Source: Camelus dromedarius
Taxonomy: Eukaryota
Reading direction: 5' to 3'
Length of the DNA: 64,000 nucleotides
Assembly (NCBI RefSeq): GCF_036321535.1
Contig: NC_087437.1
Span: 52,454,001-52,518,000 of the forward strand
The notes under the pieces were generated by a model, which worked only from the letters and a program-made list of their open reading frames with translations, had not been told where the DNA came from and searched no databases. Position 1 is the first letter of the stretch. Each line of letters opens with the position of its first letter. This document shows, piece after piece, positions 12,521-28,662 of this stretch. The translations under genes were made by a program, and so were the position numbers.

Positions 12521-14153
12521 TGGGAAATTGCTTTGCCTATAAACTCACAACTGATAAGGCACATTGTTGCAAAATCATGGGGGAAGAGGGAGCGACACAA
12601 ATCCAAGGATCCCAATAAAGGGCAACGGGCACACACTATCAATAGTGTAGAAACCTTCCTTGTTTCTGCCCTTCCCTCCTCCTACTTGAGAAGACAAAGA
12701 GCCACGGATTTCCAACTCCCATTGGCCGCCTCCTCTCACCCACTCCTGTTATCAGGCTTTTTTTTTTTTTAAAGCAACACATGCTTAAAAATGAAGTCCT
12801 TGTTGTGTGTTATGGATTATACTGTGTCCAAAAAATACTGCTTGGGAATTCATTCTTCCTACTGAACAGGAATATTCCCAAGAATTCATGTAGAACAACT
12901 GGTCCACATTAAAGCCCTGGCAAGATTCTTGGCCAAGTCAAATCAGTCAAACCAGCAGATGGTGCCCAAGGGCAACAGTTCTGGAAAGAAATGATGAGTT
13001 ACTCCTGTTGAGTACAGGATCCCAGAGCTGCTCAGTTTAGGTGTCAGGGTCCTTCTGTCCTTGGAAGTGTTAACCCAGGTCTGTGCCAGTTCAATACGAC
13101 AGCCATAGAGGAAGCAATGACAGCTATAGATAATTAAAATACAACACAACAAAGTAATCCAAAACCAAGTTTTCCCCTTTGAATTAAAAGATAAAATAGA
13201 ATTAGCCCTCAGTTACCCTTAGCAAATGACAACATACAAACAACAACAAAAAAATTCAGAGAATATATGGGCTGATGCTCAAGTGTACTGAATCCATTCT
13301 CCCAGCAGGACAGAGGAGGGACTCCCACAAAGGACAGACCAGAAAATGTACTGATGGTCATTTGATTCAGGTGAGTCAAGGGCTCTGCCCATCCAGATGC
13401 GTAAGAACTTCTCCAGAACTATTCATAACGTAGAGTTTACTCCATTCATATGTAATAGTCTGTTAGCAATCCAGCTTAAGTGTCAGGACATGCAGCCAAG
13501 AGGAGATTTGACTTATGTGGTAACATCACTGCATCCGAACACAAAGAGCATCACAGAAATCACTGTGCTTTTGAGCTGTACATGGACGTTCTATGCAGTC
13601 ATCAGCTCCTTTCCCTTGATTTATGGCAGAGGTAGGTCATCAGAAAAAAAGTACAGAAGAAACACTTCTCAGGAGACTAACAAGATGAAGAGTGGTGTCA
13701 GTGAGGTGGGTTTACAGGTCATTATCTAAACTAAGCATGTCCACAGGGGACTTCAAAGGATACCACCTGTCACAACGGCCTATCACTGTACAAAAGAGGC
13801 ACTCTGGACAAGGGCCACCAGCATCCTCTCCTGAGGCGGCTCAGCGCTGGACAAGAGGCACATACAACAGACCACCCTGAATTCCTTGTCATTCAATGAA
13901 ATAACAGGACTTGCTAGCAGGCCATCCGTTTTGCAGAGCAAGCATCCTGCTAAACCAGGGCTTGTGTGAGCACCTGATATAATTCACCTCCTAGAGCAGG
14001 GTGTCCTTTGTGGCAAGAGAGTGCACACAGACGAACGGTGTCCCAATCAGCTATTGACAATAATTTAAAAACAATGAGGGGGGCTTCAAAGGACCACAAC
14101 CATTACACAAACAAACTAGGGAGTCCAGGGACACAGCAACCAAAGGACCCAGG

Positions 14154-14432
<279 letters not shown>

Positions 14433-15991
14433 TCAGAAATGTCACCAGTAATTCACAACTGTGGCTCCAGTTTTGTGCTGTCTCTGCCCAACTCCTGACC
14501 CCAAAACACATCACCTCTTTCCCTTCTTTTCCACTCTTTCCCGTCCTTTCCCTGCTTCCCACATGCATCTGCCTTGTTCAACAAAAGGACTTGAGATGGT
14601 TTACAAAAATACATATACTTCAGTAAGATTTTTAAATTTTTAAATAAGAAAAAAACAAAATGACTGAGGAATAAAACATAAGTGAAGAATAATCAGTAGT
14701 TTATGCAAAAATGCATAAAATTCACTCATTTGCCAGAGGTGTCCCCAGATTTGGTTCTGAGCACCCAACAGCCAAAGCAAAGAGAGGTGGCAGCGTTATG
14801 AGAGTCACAGTGTGCCTAAGACAGCAGCAAGTTTCCTACAAGTCATAGGACTATTCACGTTCTGTACTGTCTCTCAGACGTCATCATGTGCACTGGATCC
14901 CAAAAGACTGCCTGGTAGCTGGAGAGGCTGGTTGTATAACAACCCCCCAGTGAAGCTGTTAAAAACACACCCTCAGGCTTCACCCCAGAGATTCTGCTTT
15001 GGGTCTGGGGCAGAACCCAGGAACCTGCATTCTAACAGCCTCTCCCGACCCTCACTCCCAAGATTCTGATTGGTTTGGGACCCCCTGATAATCCCTTCCT
15101 CTTCTCTAGTAGATGAGGCCTCAAGATCATAGACTCCTCAAGGTCACACAGCTTGTCAGAGGGGGAGCTAGAATCCTGGTCTCCAAGACTTTCTAAACCT
15201 CGTGCCACCCAGGCAATTACAGGCTGCCGACGGAGGTACTGAGGCTCTTTGCCTGAAAGCCGATCTGACCAGAACTGGCTGCGGTAGACTTTGCCTCCAT
15301 TTACGATTTCAACTTCTCTCAAGAATTCCCTATTAATAGCATCTGCTCAACCACAGGTTTGTTATGTTTGACCCAGACGCCCTGAGTCGTCTTCCCCTCC
15401 ATGTTCCAAAGCAGGCTTAAGAGACGCAGTCCTTGCCTTAGACTAAGGATGGTTTACTTCCAGTGTGGAGAAAGTAACAGTCACTGATTTTACAAGATGT
15501 GAGCATTTACCATTCAGATAAAGGTGGTCCAAAGCTCACACTTAGAGAAACACTGCTCTAGTCCTAGCCCCTTATCCGGCCACGCGGCCCACTGAGGGTG
15601 AGGAGCTTGCTGAAGGTCACGTGGTTGTCAAGAGGCAAGAGGGAACCTCACAAGCACCAGCTCCTCCTAAGGCAGATCTTGATCAAGACAGGGGCCGAAG
15701 CCAGACAGGAAGCCCCTTGCTCTGCCCCGTTCCCTGCCTCCACCCTTTCTTCCGCCCACAAACCCTCACTCCAACTCCGCTCTTCCTGCAGGCATTGACT
15801 GAGCCCTGACTATGGCCAAGTCACGTGTTTTACACGGATGACTCTTCCAACCCGAGTGCCTGGCATGGTGCTGGACCCACAACAGACGCTAGGAACAGTT
15901 GTGGAATGAATAATCCTTGTTTTTTCCTAAAGTATTTTTATGGGTTTTCATGTTCAAGCCCGAGCGGATTTGGGAGCAGGAACAATTCCTA

Positions 15992-16240
<249 letters not shown>

Positions 16241-16573
16241 TCATTAAGAAGCAGGAAGAAATCTCCAGGTATTGAAACTATGTAGATGCCGGGCACTGTG
16301 CTACAATAATGTACATATTCTGCAAATTCCAGCGCAGACATTGTTTTCCTCATTTTAAAAATGGAGGTGCCTGAGGCTCAGAGAAGTCAGGAATTTGCCC
16401 AAGGGCACAGATGGACCAGGACTGATCTCAGGTCTGTTCCTCCTGGAGACATCAAAAGGACCCCTAGGACCTCCCAAGGCAGGGCCGAGGAGCATTGTGG
16501 GAAATCCCTGCTCCTCACTCCCCTCAGGGCCTTGCGGTGACCGTCTGGGGGGCTAGCACTCGGACGTGCCCTA

Positions 16574-16798
<225 letters not shown>

Positions 16799-18653
16799 TC
16801 ATCCTGGAGCCCAAGAGTCCTAGGTTCCCTCCTCCTTTGGTAATCTTCCCAGACAAAACCCAACTCCCATCCTAAAGAGGTGAATGAAGGGTGATGAATG
16901 AGCTGGGAACAATCCAGTCCTCAGGCTTCACCTTTAAAACTGAAAAGAGGATTAAAACCTCAGAGGGCAGGACAGAATGAACCCGGGAAATCTGTGTAGA
17001 CCACACCCAGCCTGCTACTCGGGCTGTGGTAGGTCCTGCAAACACAGATGCTCTGAGAAGACAGAAATGAAACTCACAAGTTATTTTTGCTATTTTAAAT
17101 GAACATAAGCCATGAATTTTTCCTCAGTAAGATCACACAAGCTATGTAAAATGTCTCATTTCTTTACTTTTTGTGGGAATCACATCTATGTGGTATGGTA
17201 ACGCCGGGGGCTCCGTGTCAGAGTTCCAACTGACACTCAGAAAGCCTTAGATTAACAAAAATGGGAAAGTAAACTAATACTTCCTAAATGGAGTTTGACT
17301 GGCAGACATCGTTCTGCCAAACATGGGATCCAAGAGAGAAAGTAAAGGGGGCACCTGGAAGTGAGAAGGTGGGGGTCTGCTCAGCACCTGCTATGTGTTA
17401 AGCATATGTCTTATTTAATCCCCACTATGAGCCTGTGTCATACACCATCTCACCTCCTCCCCCTGGTGAGAGATTAAGTATCATGCCCACGGTCACACTG
17501 AGCAGAGACAGGATTCACCCCCAGGTAGCAGGTGGCTCTTTGCCCTGAGGACGGATCAGCTCAAGAGAGAAAGAGGTACTGGGGCAACGCCAGCGGTCAG
17601 CGCCTTACTTCAAGCACCACATACCCCCAACCCCCATCTCTCTTGGCACAGACACGTTTGCTTTTCTTCTAGTTTCTAACAAAAAAAACTGCTTAAGCGG
17701 ATCCAGCCTGAGCTGAATGTTGTGGCAGGAGGGAGAAGACACTGGGGCGGGAGAGGGAAGCAGGGAAAAAAGAAGTTTTCATGGCTTCCTGCTTAGTCAC
17801 TCCATCATTCAACAAGTGCTGAAGGGTGCTGTGTGCCAGGTGCCATCTGCACCCACTGCATCATTTAAATTGCCCACATAACAATCCTAGGGGGTTACAT
17901 AGGAGTAGACCGACTTCACAGATGAGGAAACAGGGTCAGAGAATTTCAGTGTCTTGCTCATGGTTACATAGCTGGGATTCAAACCTACCCTAAGTCCTAA
18001 CATATACATACATTTACACGAACCAGCTTAAAATGCTGTCAGGAGGACGGCACAGATCCTTGTGTATACCCTGAGATGGCAGCTGAAGAGAAGCATCCAA
18101 GTGCCCAAGCACAAGCCCAGATCTAACACTGCAGCTCCCAAGCGCTGGGAGGCCGCCTGGAAAATCAGAACGACTTGTCCTCTCCATACCAGGGAGACTT
18201 CCCAATCCTCCACAGCCTAACAGCCCCATGAACACCCTGCATCTGTTCATCAAACATTTATAAAGGCACTTTCCTGTACCACGTAGAGAAACATAAAGGC
18301 TGAAACTAAGGAACAAGTCTTGCTCTCAAGGAACTCACAGATTGGTGGAGAAAAGAGATTTAAAGAAAAAAAGAACTAAAGAAAAACAGTGCCAACTTGC
18401 AGAACATTAAAGGAGCTCTGAGGAGGAAGAATTGCACCAGCCTGGGGAGGGGTGGGGATGTCTCTCTCTCTCTCAAGGATAGTGCTTCACAGCTGTCAAA
18501 TCCTTGGAAACAAAAGCAGCACACCTGAGAGGAAAGGCAGGCTCTGGAGATGGTCAGGCACGGGTTCAGAGCCCAGCAATACCCCCTCCCCACCCTGTCA
18601 GCCATTATTGGCTTTTGGGAGAATTATATAAAGTCATGCAGGTAAAGCAACTA

Positions 18654-19004
<351 letters not shown>

Positions 19005-19134
19005 CTAAGAAAGTCACTTCCTGTGTCTTCTTTCCAAAGTAGGTTTATAAATGTGCTCATCATCTGGTCTGCTGGGAACACACACATAATGGGAGGCCAG
19101 GATGATGGATGACCTGATACAACACAGCAGAGAC

Positions 19135-19300
19135 TAAGAGAAGAGCCTTGATTTGGAAGCAAGAGATCTGGGGTAATATCTCAACTCTGCTACCATCTAG
19201 TGGTGTGATCTTGGGCTAGTCCCTGCGCCTCAGTTTCCTTATCTGAAAAATGAGGTTGGTGTTGGATCGTCACTAAGTTCCCTCTTAGCTCTCTGGTTTT
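19135..19300 (+). mobile_element. MIR SINE
   Basis: gtgatcttgggc...cctcagtttccttatctgaaaaatgag. Confidence 0.6.
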
Positions 19301-20219
19301 ATGATCTGTTCTTAAGAGGCAAACGGATTAATTTCCAGGCAAATGGAAACATCCTAAATAGCATCTTAAAAAAAATAAACTGTCAACAAATGGTAGCCAC
19401 AATAGTCCAAAATAGTTTATTTATTTATAAATGAATAAACATCCTAAACTGCATTCCTTTCTAGGAGCACCCCTTCCTCTGTAAGCTTTGGGCCAAGGAT
19501 AATCCAAACTTCACACCGCTCCTAAGTTACTAGGTAAAATGACTGTTTTATCAATCACAAACAAGCCAATTAAAGATTGCCCGGTAAAGTATATTTGCCC
19601 CACAGCATAAACAATCTTCTCGATTATATGTCAGGCTTGAAACCAACCTTTTCAAAGAGTCTGCCTTTTCACCTGATCTTTATCTGGTCCTCAGTGCACT
19701 CTGAATCCTGTACAAGGGTCACAGTGTAAACGCTACTCTGCCTCCGCCTTCTGAACAACCCTTGAATCCATCAATGATTATAATTATTATCAGTTATAAT
19801 TATATTTATAACCAATTATAAGGAAACCTTCCTGGTTCACATCAAAATGTTTCTCTTAGTATGTCTGACATCCACAGCAGAGCCTTCTCAGCTAGAGCAA
19901 AAGGATACAGTCACTGAAAACAGCTGTCATCAAATTCAAGTCAGTAACAATCCTTGCACACTTCCCTTAACTTTATAAACAGTATGTAGTATTGTACCGC
20001 CTCCTCCCTCACCTAGTCTATCATGAGAAGGAAAAGCAGAGACAGCCAGGAAGAAGGGAGGACCCGATCATTAATTCGTGAATAATTTAAAGTTGTCCAT
20101 GCAATGTGTTTCTCCTGGAGACCGAATGCCTTAAACTCCCAAGGGCAGAACTGACAGAAGTGAAGTGGGGTGAGAAGGACGATGGAGGGAGGCTGAGAGC
20201 AGTCATGAACAAGGAGCTG

Positions 20220-21000
<781 letters not shown>

Positions 21001-21939
21001 TGTCTGTGTGTATTTTTCTACGTTTATCCCTCTCTTTCTCCATTTATCTGCAGGGTCTCTGTCAGGTGCTGGGAGATCCAGGCATGAATTACGAGCCCTG
21101 CCCACAGCCAGCTTGCAGTCCGGTGGTCAAGACAGTCTGGTCGACCACCAGCTGTAACAAAGCAAATGCAGCCCTCGTGGAACAAGAGGCTCTAATCCAG
21201 TGCAGTGGGATGGTCTAAGCGACCACGGAAATGAGAATTTCCTTTTATTGAACGCCTACTATGTGCCCACTAACGCTAATCCTCACAACAATCCAGCAAG
21301 GTTGGTATTTTTGCCTTTATTTATCAGATGAAAAATCTGATTTTGAGAAAGATCGTGACGTCCCCCAAACAACAGCCATGATTGTGAGTCCAAAACTAGC
21401 GGTCCTGCACTGCATAGATTCATGGAGGAGGTGGGGTTTGAGTTTACCTTAAAGGATGAGCACGATTTCCACAACGGAGACAGGAGGGAGAGGATGATCT
21501 AGGTGCCCCAGGAAGGCACCAGTATCCAGTTTCCATGAAGCCTAAGGCGTGAGAAATGAGTGAGAATGTGGGGACAAACTGGAAAGCAACGAAAGGCAGC
21601 TAAGAAGTTGGATTTTTTTTTAATATTGTACATCAGGAGACACCAACAGAGGTGTTTAAACAAGAGAATAGTTTAGCTCCTGTTTGCCCTGGAAGATGAT
21701 TAGAATATGTTGTGAGTTGGAAGCTGTAATTGTCTTGGTGAGAAAGGATGCAGGCCTAAGTCAGGACCACAATTATGGGAAGGAAGGAAAGAGTTGGTAG
21801 GATATGACTGATTAAATGTAGAAGAGACAGAGAGGACTCCAAAATGTCACAAGCCTGGACAACAGAGAGAAACCATCCTTGTCATATCATTCAAAGCCCC
21901 TCTTTGGCCAAATAAGGAGCCCCTGTCAGAATTTGAAGT

Positions 21940-22490
21940 GTGCAAAGCCCTAGCAATTCCACATTCAAAAATTTAACCTATAGATATGCCCATAGGTAGA
22001 CAAAGATGTATGTTTCAAGGGTATTCTCTCAGCTCCGTTTTGATGTTAAGAGATTAGGGACAACCTAAATGTCCATCATTTGGAGACTAGTGAGGTTAAT
22101 TATGGTATATTCACAAATGGAACACTAAGTAGTTTCCTGAAAGAGGGAGGCAACTCTAGATATCCTGACACAGTGCAGTTGCGGGATAGATGGCTGGGAT
22201 AAAAATCAAACAAGTTGCAGTGTTAGAGTATCCTGTGACTCATTTGTAAGAAAAAAAAAAAGGATGTATTTTATCTTTTCAAAATACTGAAGTATTTATG
22301 AATGAAGTGGTTCAATGTCTGGGATTTGCATCAAAATAATGGGATGGGACTGTAGTGGGTAGGGTTATAAATAAAACAAGATTGGCCATTGAATTGATAG
22401 TTGCTGAAGCCGGATGATGAGCACATGGAAGTGGATTTTATACCATTTTCTGTATTTCTGTACGTGTGTAAAATTTTCCATTTTAAAACA
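21940..22490 (+). mobile_element. Old L1 (L1ME/MD-like) 3' fragments
   Basis: ccctagcaattccac...caacctaaatgtccatca...ggccattgaattgatagttgctgaagc. Confidence 0.6.
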
Positions 22491-25400
22491 CATGGGGAGA
22501 GAGACCTGGAGATCGTCATTCTAAGTAAGACCAGAAAGAGAAACAGTAGACAGTGAACACATCTGTAAACGAGACAAGGTCTCACCATCTTTTATCTGTC
22601 CCAGCTCTCAGCTGGGCTTTCCTTATAATTGGCACTTAGTAATAGTTTGTTAAATTAATGGACTCAGGTCCCAGGAGGAAAATGATCAGTTGTTTTGGTT
22701 TGAAACATGTTGATTTTGAGAAGTCAAAGGAATCCAGAAGGAGAGAAAGTAAATGGAAAAAGGAATGTACCTGAGCCTGTGCCAGGGGTGTGCAGAGTAG
22801 AGAGCAAGAAGGAAGGTTCCTGCTCTCAAGGACTTTGCTCTCTCTTCGGTCGGGGGACAGCATGGGGAGTTATCATTGTAGAGCACGCCGTGGAGGAAAT
22901 CGATGTGGCAAAGCTTCCAGAGAAGCAAGCATCATCATCCCGCTTAGGGATGAGTGGCTGAGCAGGTGTTCAGGTGAAGTCACTTTGAGTGCTGATGAGT
23001 CCACAATGGGCAGAGTGTTAAGCAGGACTTGTCTTCACCTCCTGAGCCCGTGCGCTTTCCCCTGCACTGCCTCTCAACAAGCAAGTGAAAATCCAGAGCT
23101 CAGACTGAACAGTCAGATTTGGAGGTCACATGTCTAAAGGAGAGAGTTGAAAAGGGGGAAAGGTCTCTTAAGGAGACCACGAGAGGGAAAGTAACAACAG
23201 CTGATACTGAGTCTCAGTACACTCGACCCCACAGTAAGCGCTGTACACACATGAATGTATTTATTATATATAACAACCTTCACGAGGCAGGGACTTTTAA
23301 CAGCCCCCACTTCACAGTACAGAGAATGGAAACTTAGGAGGTATTGAGGTCACACGGCAGCAAACAGCAGAGCCTAATCTTACGCTACACTGCCTTTCCA
23401 AGAGAGAAGACTGAGATCAGAAGCCTGGTAAGGAAATGTGGAACCAGTGAAAGAGAACAGGATAGCTCATTCAGGGCAGGTGGGTGAGACCTAGAGTGGT
23501 GAGGGTGGTGTCCTGAGGGCCCAGGAAAGACTGTTAGGAGAGGAACCGGTGTGCCTTGTTAGAGTCCATGAAAAATCCAGCAGGGAGACCTGAGGGGTTG
23601 TGGGACTCAGCCAATACCAGGTGGCAAAGAACCTTTGGCAAGGACTCTTTGGGAGACGCAAACCTAACTTCCCACAGGCTCGCTATCTAAGTCCTTGCTT
23701 GCTGCCCCTGACTTACCCCCTAGCCTCCTGTTTGATTCCTTCTGCTCAACCTGTCTGCTTTGGGAAAGAAGCCCAAGACTGTCGAAGTCTGAATCAGAGT
23801 GGAGGCAACTCCAAGTCCCTAAGGATGGGTCCGCTCCATGCTGTTCAAGAGACATATACTGAGCACCTGCTTTGTGCCTGGCATTGTGCTAGGCGCTAGG
23901 GCAGCAAAGACAAATAAGCAGCAGCTGCTCCTGTGGTCTCAGTGTCAGAGGAGATACAGACACGGAAACATCTAATGATATGGCTTAATGAAAGCAGTGA
24001 CAGTAGCACATGCAAAGTGGGTGGCGGAAGGGAGTTGTGGAAGAACAAGGAGGGGAACTTTGAACCACAGCTTGGAGTCAGCCAGTAATGCCAGAGGGAC
24101 CTGGAGGGTTTTAGCTGACATTCTAAAATGGGGGAGTAGGGGAAGGAAAAATCTCCTAGGCTTCCGGATAGGTGGGCTTGCTAAAGAATGGTGTTAGGAC
24201 CACCTGGATGTTGCAATAAGGAGTGAAAAAAAACAGCCAACCTCTCTTTTTCCCAGGGAGCCTGGGAAATGGGCAATGGTCTTCCAGACATCATAGAGAC
24301 GACAATAACAGAGGTCCCTGGGAGAGAGGTCTAAGTCAGAGACGGGTGGGCACCGCCATAGAAGCGGGCTGCGGTGGTGGGAGGGAAGGCGGGGAGGCCT
24401 TTCCTCACAGCTGAACATGGCTCCACAGGTCCTACAAGGTAACAGAGTATTCACTTAGTAACTATTTCCTGAGCGCAGACTATGCTGCAGGCACCACGCT
24501 AGGCACCCGGCTCAATCACACACATAAATGTAAACAAACACACAAACCTTAAAAAGCTCTACAGAGTAGAAGTTCAGTGTGCACTGCAAAGAAATGATGT
24601 GAGGAAGACCCCCAGCCCCACTGCCCTGAGGAAGTGCCCGTCCAGCTAAGGTCCAAACGCTGAGTGGGAGACACTGGGGAAGACTGGAGGGAACAAGGTA
24701 GGCTACAGTCTAACTGCTTCTTGGATTGGGGATTCAGATAAATACACTGGCAAAGAGAAGGAAGAGAGGCAAGGATAACAAGAGACACAGTCGAAAGTTC
24801 CAGGGGCCTCAGGAGAAAGATCCTAAGAGAGTGGCACACCTGTGATTGCCTCCATTTCACCTGATCACTGTTACATGAAACCCACTGAAATTCACCTCCA
24901 CTCCAGGGAGCAAACTTCCTTCCGTTACTTCGTCATTTATCCACTCATCCATCCGTGTGTTCATCCACCCACCCGCCCCACCATGAGCCAGGTACCCTGC
25001 TAGCAGACACCAGGAGAAGCTGAGAGAGACCCACTGGCCTGAAGAGTTTATACATCAACAGAAATGTTGTTTCTGGCATTTTCTTGCTGTTGTTTTGATC
25101 CTCTGCTTACCAGGCAAGGCAGAGGACACAGTCACTGTACTAATCAAAATCCAGGACCAATAAAACTCTAAACAGAAATCAGGGCCCATCAGCCTGTATG
25201 CACAACTTCTTGAACAAGGGAAGGAGGAAAGCTGGTGAGACGTCCAAGTGGGCAGGAGCATCGCTGAGCTTCACTCCTTTCAGAGTTCAGACATTCACCG
25301 CAGGCATCCTTCACTTTAGTGGGGTAGACTCTGGATTTGCTACATGCATAAGCAAAGGTAAGACGTGCCACACAGGAACATATTTACAGAATTCCATCAT

Positions 25401-26833
25401 ATATGAAACAGCTTATTTCTTTAAAATAAGGCTATTCTCACAGAAAGCAGAAGAGCAGTCACTTGGATGTGGAGGAGGTTCCTGGACCTGTGACTCAGGA
25501 ATCCCAGGAACCTTCCTGCTGGGGCCGCATCTAGGGGATGGGTGGTGTCAACCCCTGTGGCTCTGTCTCTGCCCTGGGCATCTGACTTCAGGGACATCCT
25601 CTCCTGGTTCTGAGATCTCTGACCTTGGTCCTCGGGGGGCCTCTTAACTTGGCTGCTGTTGTCATTCCTGATTCATAGATGGCGCCTGTTCCTAGGGAAG
25701 CCTGCAAACTCTTCAAACCAGAAGCTTCAGATACTCCAAGAGCAAACAGGTTAGTGCTTCCAATTCACATGTTAGCAAAACGAGTTACTTGGCATCACTC
25801 TGAAAGGTTAACATTAATCACCTCCCACAGGTGGGATTATGAGTAGCGGATTTTTATTTTGCATCTGTACATTTTCTGAATTTCCTTCAATAATCACAAG
25901 TTACATTAGTAATAAAGAAAAACAAAATATTTCTTAAGAATTGCTTAAAATGAGGGTTGCCTATAAAGCGATTCTTCTTCACCTTAAGTGAAAAACAAGC
26001 CCTGCTTTTTCTGTCCTGCCTCTTGCTCCATCCCTGGTCCCCATGAGCGAGGTAGTCCCATGGCTTCATCTGTCCTTCTTCCCTCATCCACATACTGTCT
26101 GGTCCCAGGGGCTGCCCCCTTGGCTACTGGCCTGTCCTCACTGCCTCCTGCACCAACTCCACTTCCAACAAGGAGGGAAGCCAGGGGTGTGGCTTCCCTG
26201 CCTTCCCAGAGCAAAGAGCCCAAGAGAGAAGGTGGTGTTGACAGGGAGAAGCTCTCTTAGTGCTTATTAGATAAGCCATAGCAAAATAAATACAAGCATA
26301 TTCACGTATATCAGCCACTCACAGATGTGGCACCCAAAGGATTTCAAAGAATCCTTCACAGACTTGCCTCCTAAATCCACACACGAGCCCTGTGAGGGAG
26401 GTCAGTTTCATTCCCTTCTGCATGCGCGGCCTGGAGGGATCTGGCACAGGGAATGTGGGGTCGAGTCCAAAGGGAGGTCTCCAGCCAGTCTTTCCCTTTG
26501 AGATGCTTGGCTGGCCGCTGTGATGGGCAGAACTGCCCGGGTGACAAGCAGCAGAATTGACAGGTCGGAACAAATGAGGCCCCAGGACACAGCCAGACAA
26601 GGCGCTGGGCCGTTGGGAGCCTGGCTATTTCTGACTCGCCCTACTTAGGGGCTCCCTTCCCAGGACTGTTTCATAATCCAAGGTCGTTTGATGTTTTGCA
26701 GTGTGACATTACTGCAAAAAACCCTGGTTATTCTATACTTCTTGTGCCTTGAGGAAAAGGTGAGGTGAAGCTTTAAAAAGCCTGTAGTTGTAGCTTTCTT
26801 AATGTTACTGGTACCCAGGTGTCCTGTCAGCAG

Positions 26834-26921
26834 TTACATTTGCAACTTTGAGCAAAGAATAGGTTGGAAGACTGTTTCGACGTTTTCCATCAGTACAAGG
26901 TCATATCGACACAATTGGGGC
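26834..26921 (-). CDS. LIPH: LIPH exon 10 (terminal coding exon)
   Basis: ttttcacag|G CCC CAA TTG; (R)[31 protein letters not shown]. Confidence 0.95.
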
Positions 26922-28081
26922 CTGTGAAAATAAGATGAGATATCCTTGTCAATACAATACGAAAAATACCCCATTCTGGTGAAGTCAATTGCATTATCTC
27001 CTTTGGATGTAAAACTATTTAGCAATTATTTCTATCATTCTAGAAAAATGCTTGTGGTAAATAAACAAAGCAGCATCAACAACAGCCAGACATCAGGATG
27101 TACAGTTTTATTCACCACATAACTTCAACCAGGTTTAAAAGCAAATAGGAAGAGATAACTAAAAATATTAATAGTGGTTGCCTCTGAATAATGACATTAT
27201 CCATGATATTTTTTTCACTTCCTTACACTTTCTGCACTTTCCAGATTTTATAAAATGAACATCTATTACTTTGATAATCAGGAAAAGAAGTATTAAAAAG
27301 TACCGGTTTTAAGATGTAGTGACTACCCTCTTGGGAAAAAATAACTTGTATTATTAAATGTTTTAGGGTATCCTAGACCTTCAGGATAACTGTAAAGCAG
27401 TAACTGCTCACATCATTTTCTGTCTCTCTCTGTCCATAGATTTGATGCTAGGACTAGTGGCATTAGTCACAAAACACACGTACCATCACAGCTTTGTTCT
27501 TTCTCCCCCTCTTTGTCTCTGTCTCTCCCTCTCTCAACACACACACACATATACACTGTTGTTTATTTTTTCTGAACCAACTGAGAATAGGCTGTTTACC
27601 CCTTAATACTTCAGTGTATATTTCCTAAGGACAAGGGCATTCTCAGGGCACTTATCAAATTTAACATTGATATATTGTACTTTATCCTATATCAGTGGAA
27701 CAAAAGATTCCAATTTTTCTGTACCTTTTAATGCTAGGCTGTGTTTTATCAGTTTGCCAAACTATAGGAGGCTTTCTTTTCTACAACAAATTATCAACTT
27801 CAAAGCAGCGTGGGTGGAGTGGTTAGGGAGGAACTGTGTAACTAAGCATATAGCAACATTATTTCTTTGGATTATCAGGCCATTTAGCTTTCAGTGCATA
27901 CTAGTAAAATTTTCTTGGATTACTGGGCAACTTATTTTGATCAAGTCTGGTTTTAAAGGATCCCTCCCTTCCTTCATTGTGATTGATGAAGTCCTGTTAA
28001 AACATCAGACCAAGCAGATTGGACAGGAACTAATACCATCTTTGGAAAACAGGGACTGGCCAGACCTTGTTTGCAGCTCAC

Positions 28082-28255
28082 CTCTCCGGATGGGCAAGTG
28101 ACCTTAACTTCATTCGGAGAATCCTGAGCTTGTACTTGGGGCCTATTACAGCCCCTGTAGAGAACTCCAAGGAAATGGCTGCCACTTTGTCCAGATCTTG
28201 ATCGAATCTTGCCAGCAGACTCACTTGGTGGTATTTCTGAAATGTTGCGGGCTCA
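28082..28255 (-). CDS. LIPH: LIPH exon 9, 174 nt
   Basis: ttccttccag|T GAG CCC; (H)[57 protein letters not shown](R); donor AG|gtgagc. Confidence 0.95.
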
Positions 28256-28549
28256 CTGGAAGGAAGAAATAAGATATTTTTCAGTGGATATAGATTACCA
28301 GCGAAAGAAAACAGTTTTGAGGCCTACAGACCACACATCGGCAGGCAGCCATTTGACCCCATAGCCTGCAGTAGCCGACTTCCATGGGCAAAGCTTGGAT
28401 TCCAAAGGACTGCATAAGTGAAGCTGCTGCCCCTAGGCCTGACGAAATGCTATGGCGTTAGAGAGGTACCTGCCGCCTATGATAGGCCAGACAGCATCCT
28501 CATCTCTGGACGCATGTCTCCAATTCCCTGAAAGATTCTGCAAGGTATT

Positions 28550-28662
28550 TATTTTTTATTTTTTAAATTTTTTTTAAATGGAGGTACTGGAGATTGAACC
28601 AAGGAACTTGTGCATGCTAAGCATGCACTCTACCACTTAAGCTAGAGCCTACCCCCTACCTC
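28550..28662 (-). mobile_element. tRNA-derived camelid-type SINE (vic-1-like) with 14-bp TSD
   Basis: Reverse strand reads gctctagcttaagtggtagagtgcatgcttagcatgcacaagttccttggttcaatctcc plus A tail; TSD ttctgcaaggtatt at 28536-28549 and 28663-28676. Confidence 0.88.

Noticed and set aside
25853..25858. LIPH poly(A) signal
   Set aside because: The minus-strand AATAAA lies in an old L1-like remnant with no convincing downstream element, so the LIPH 3' end is left unassigned.
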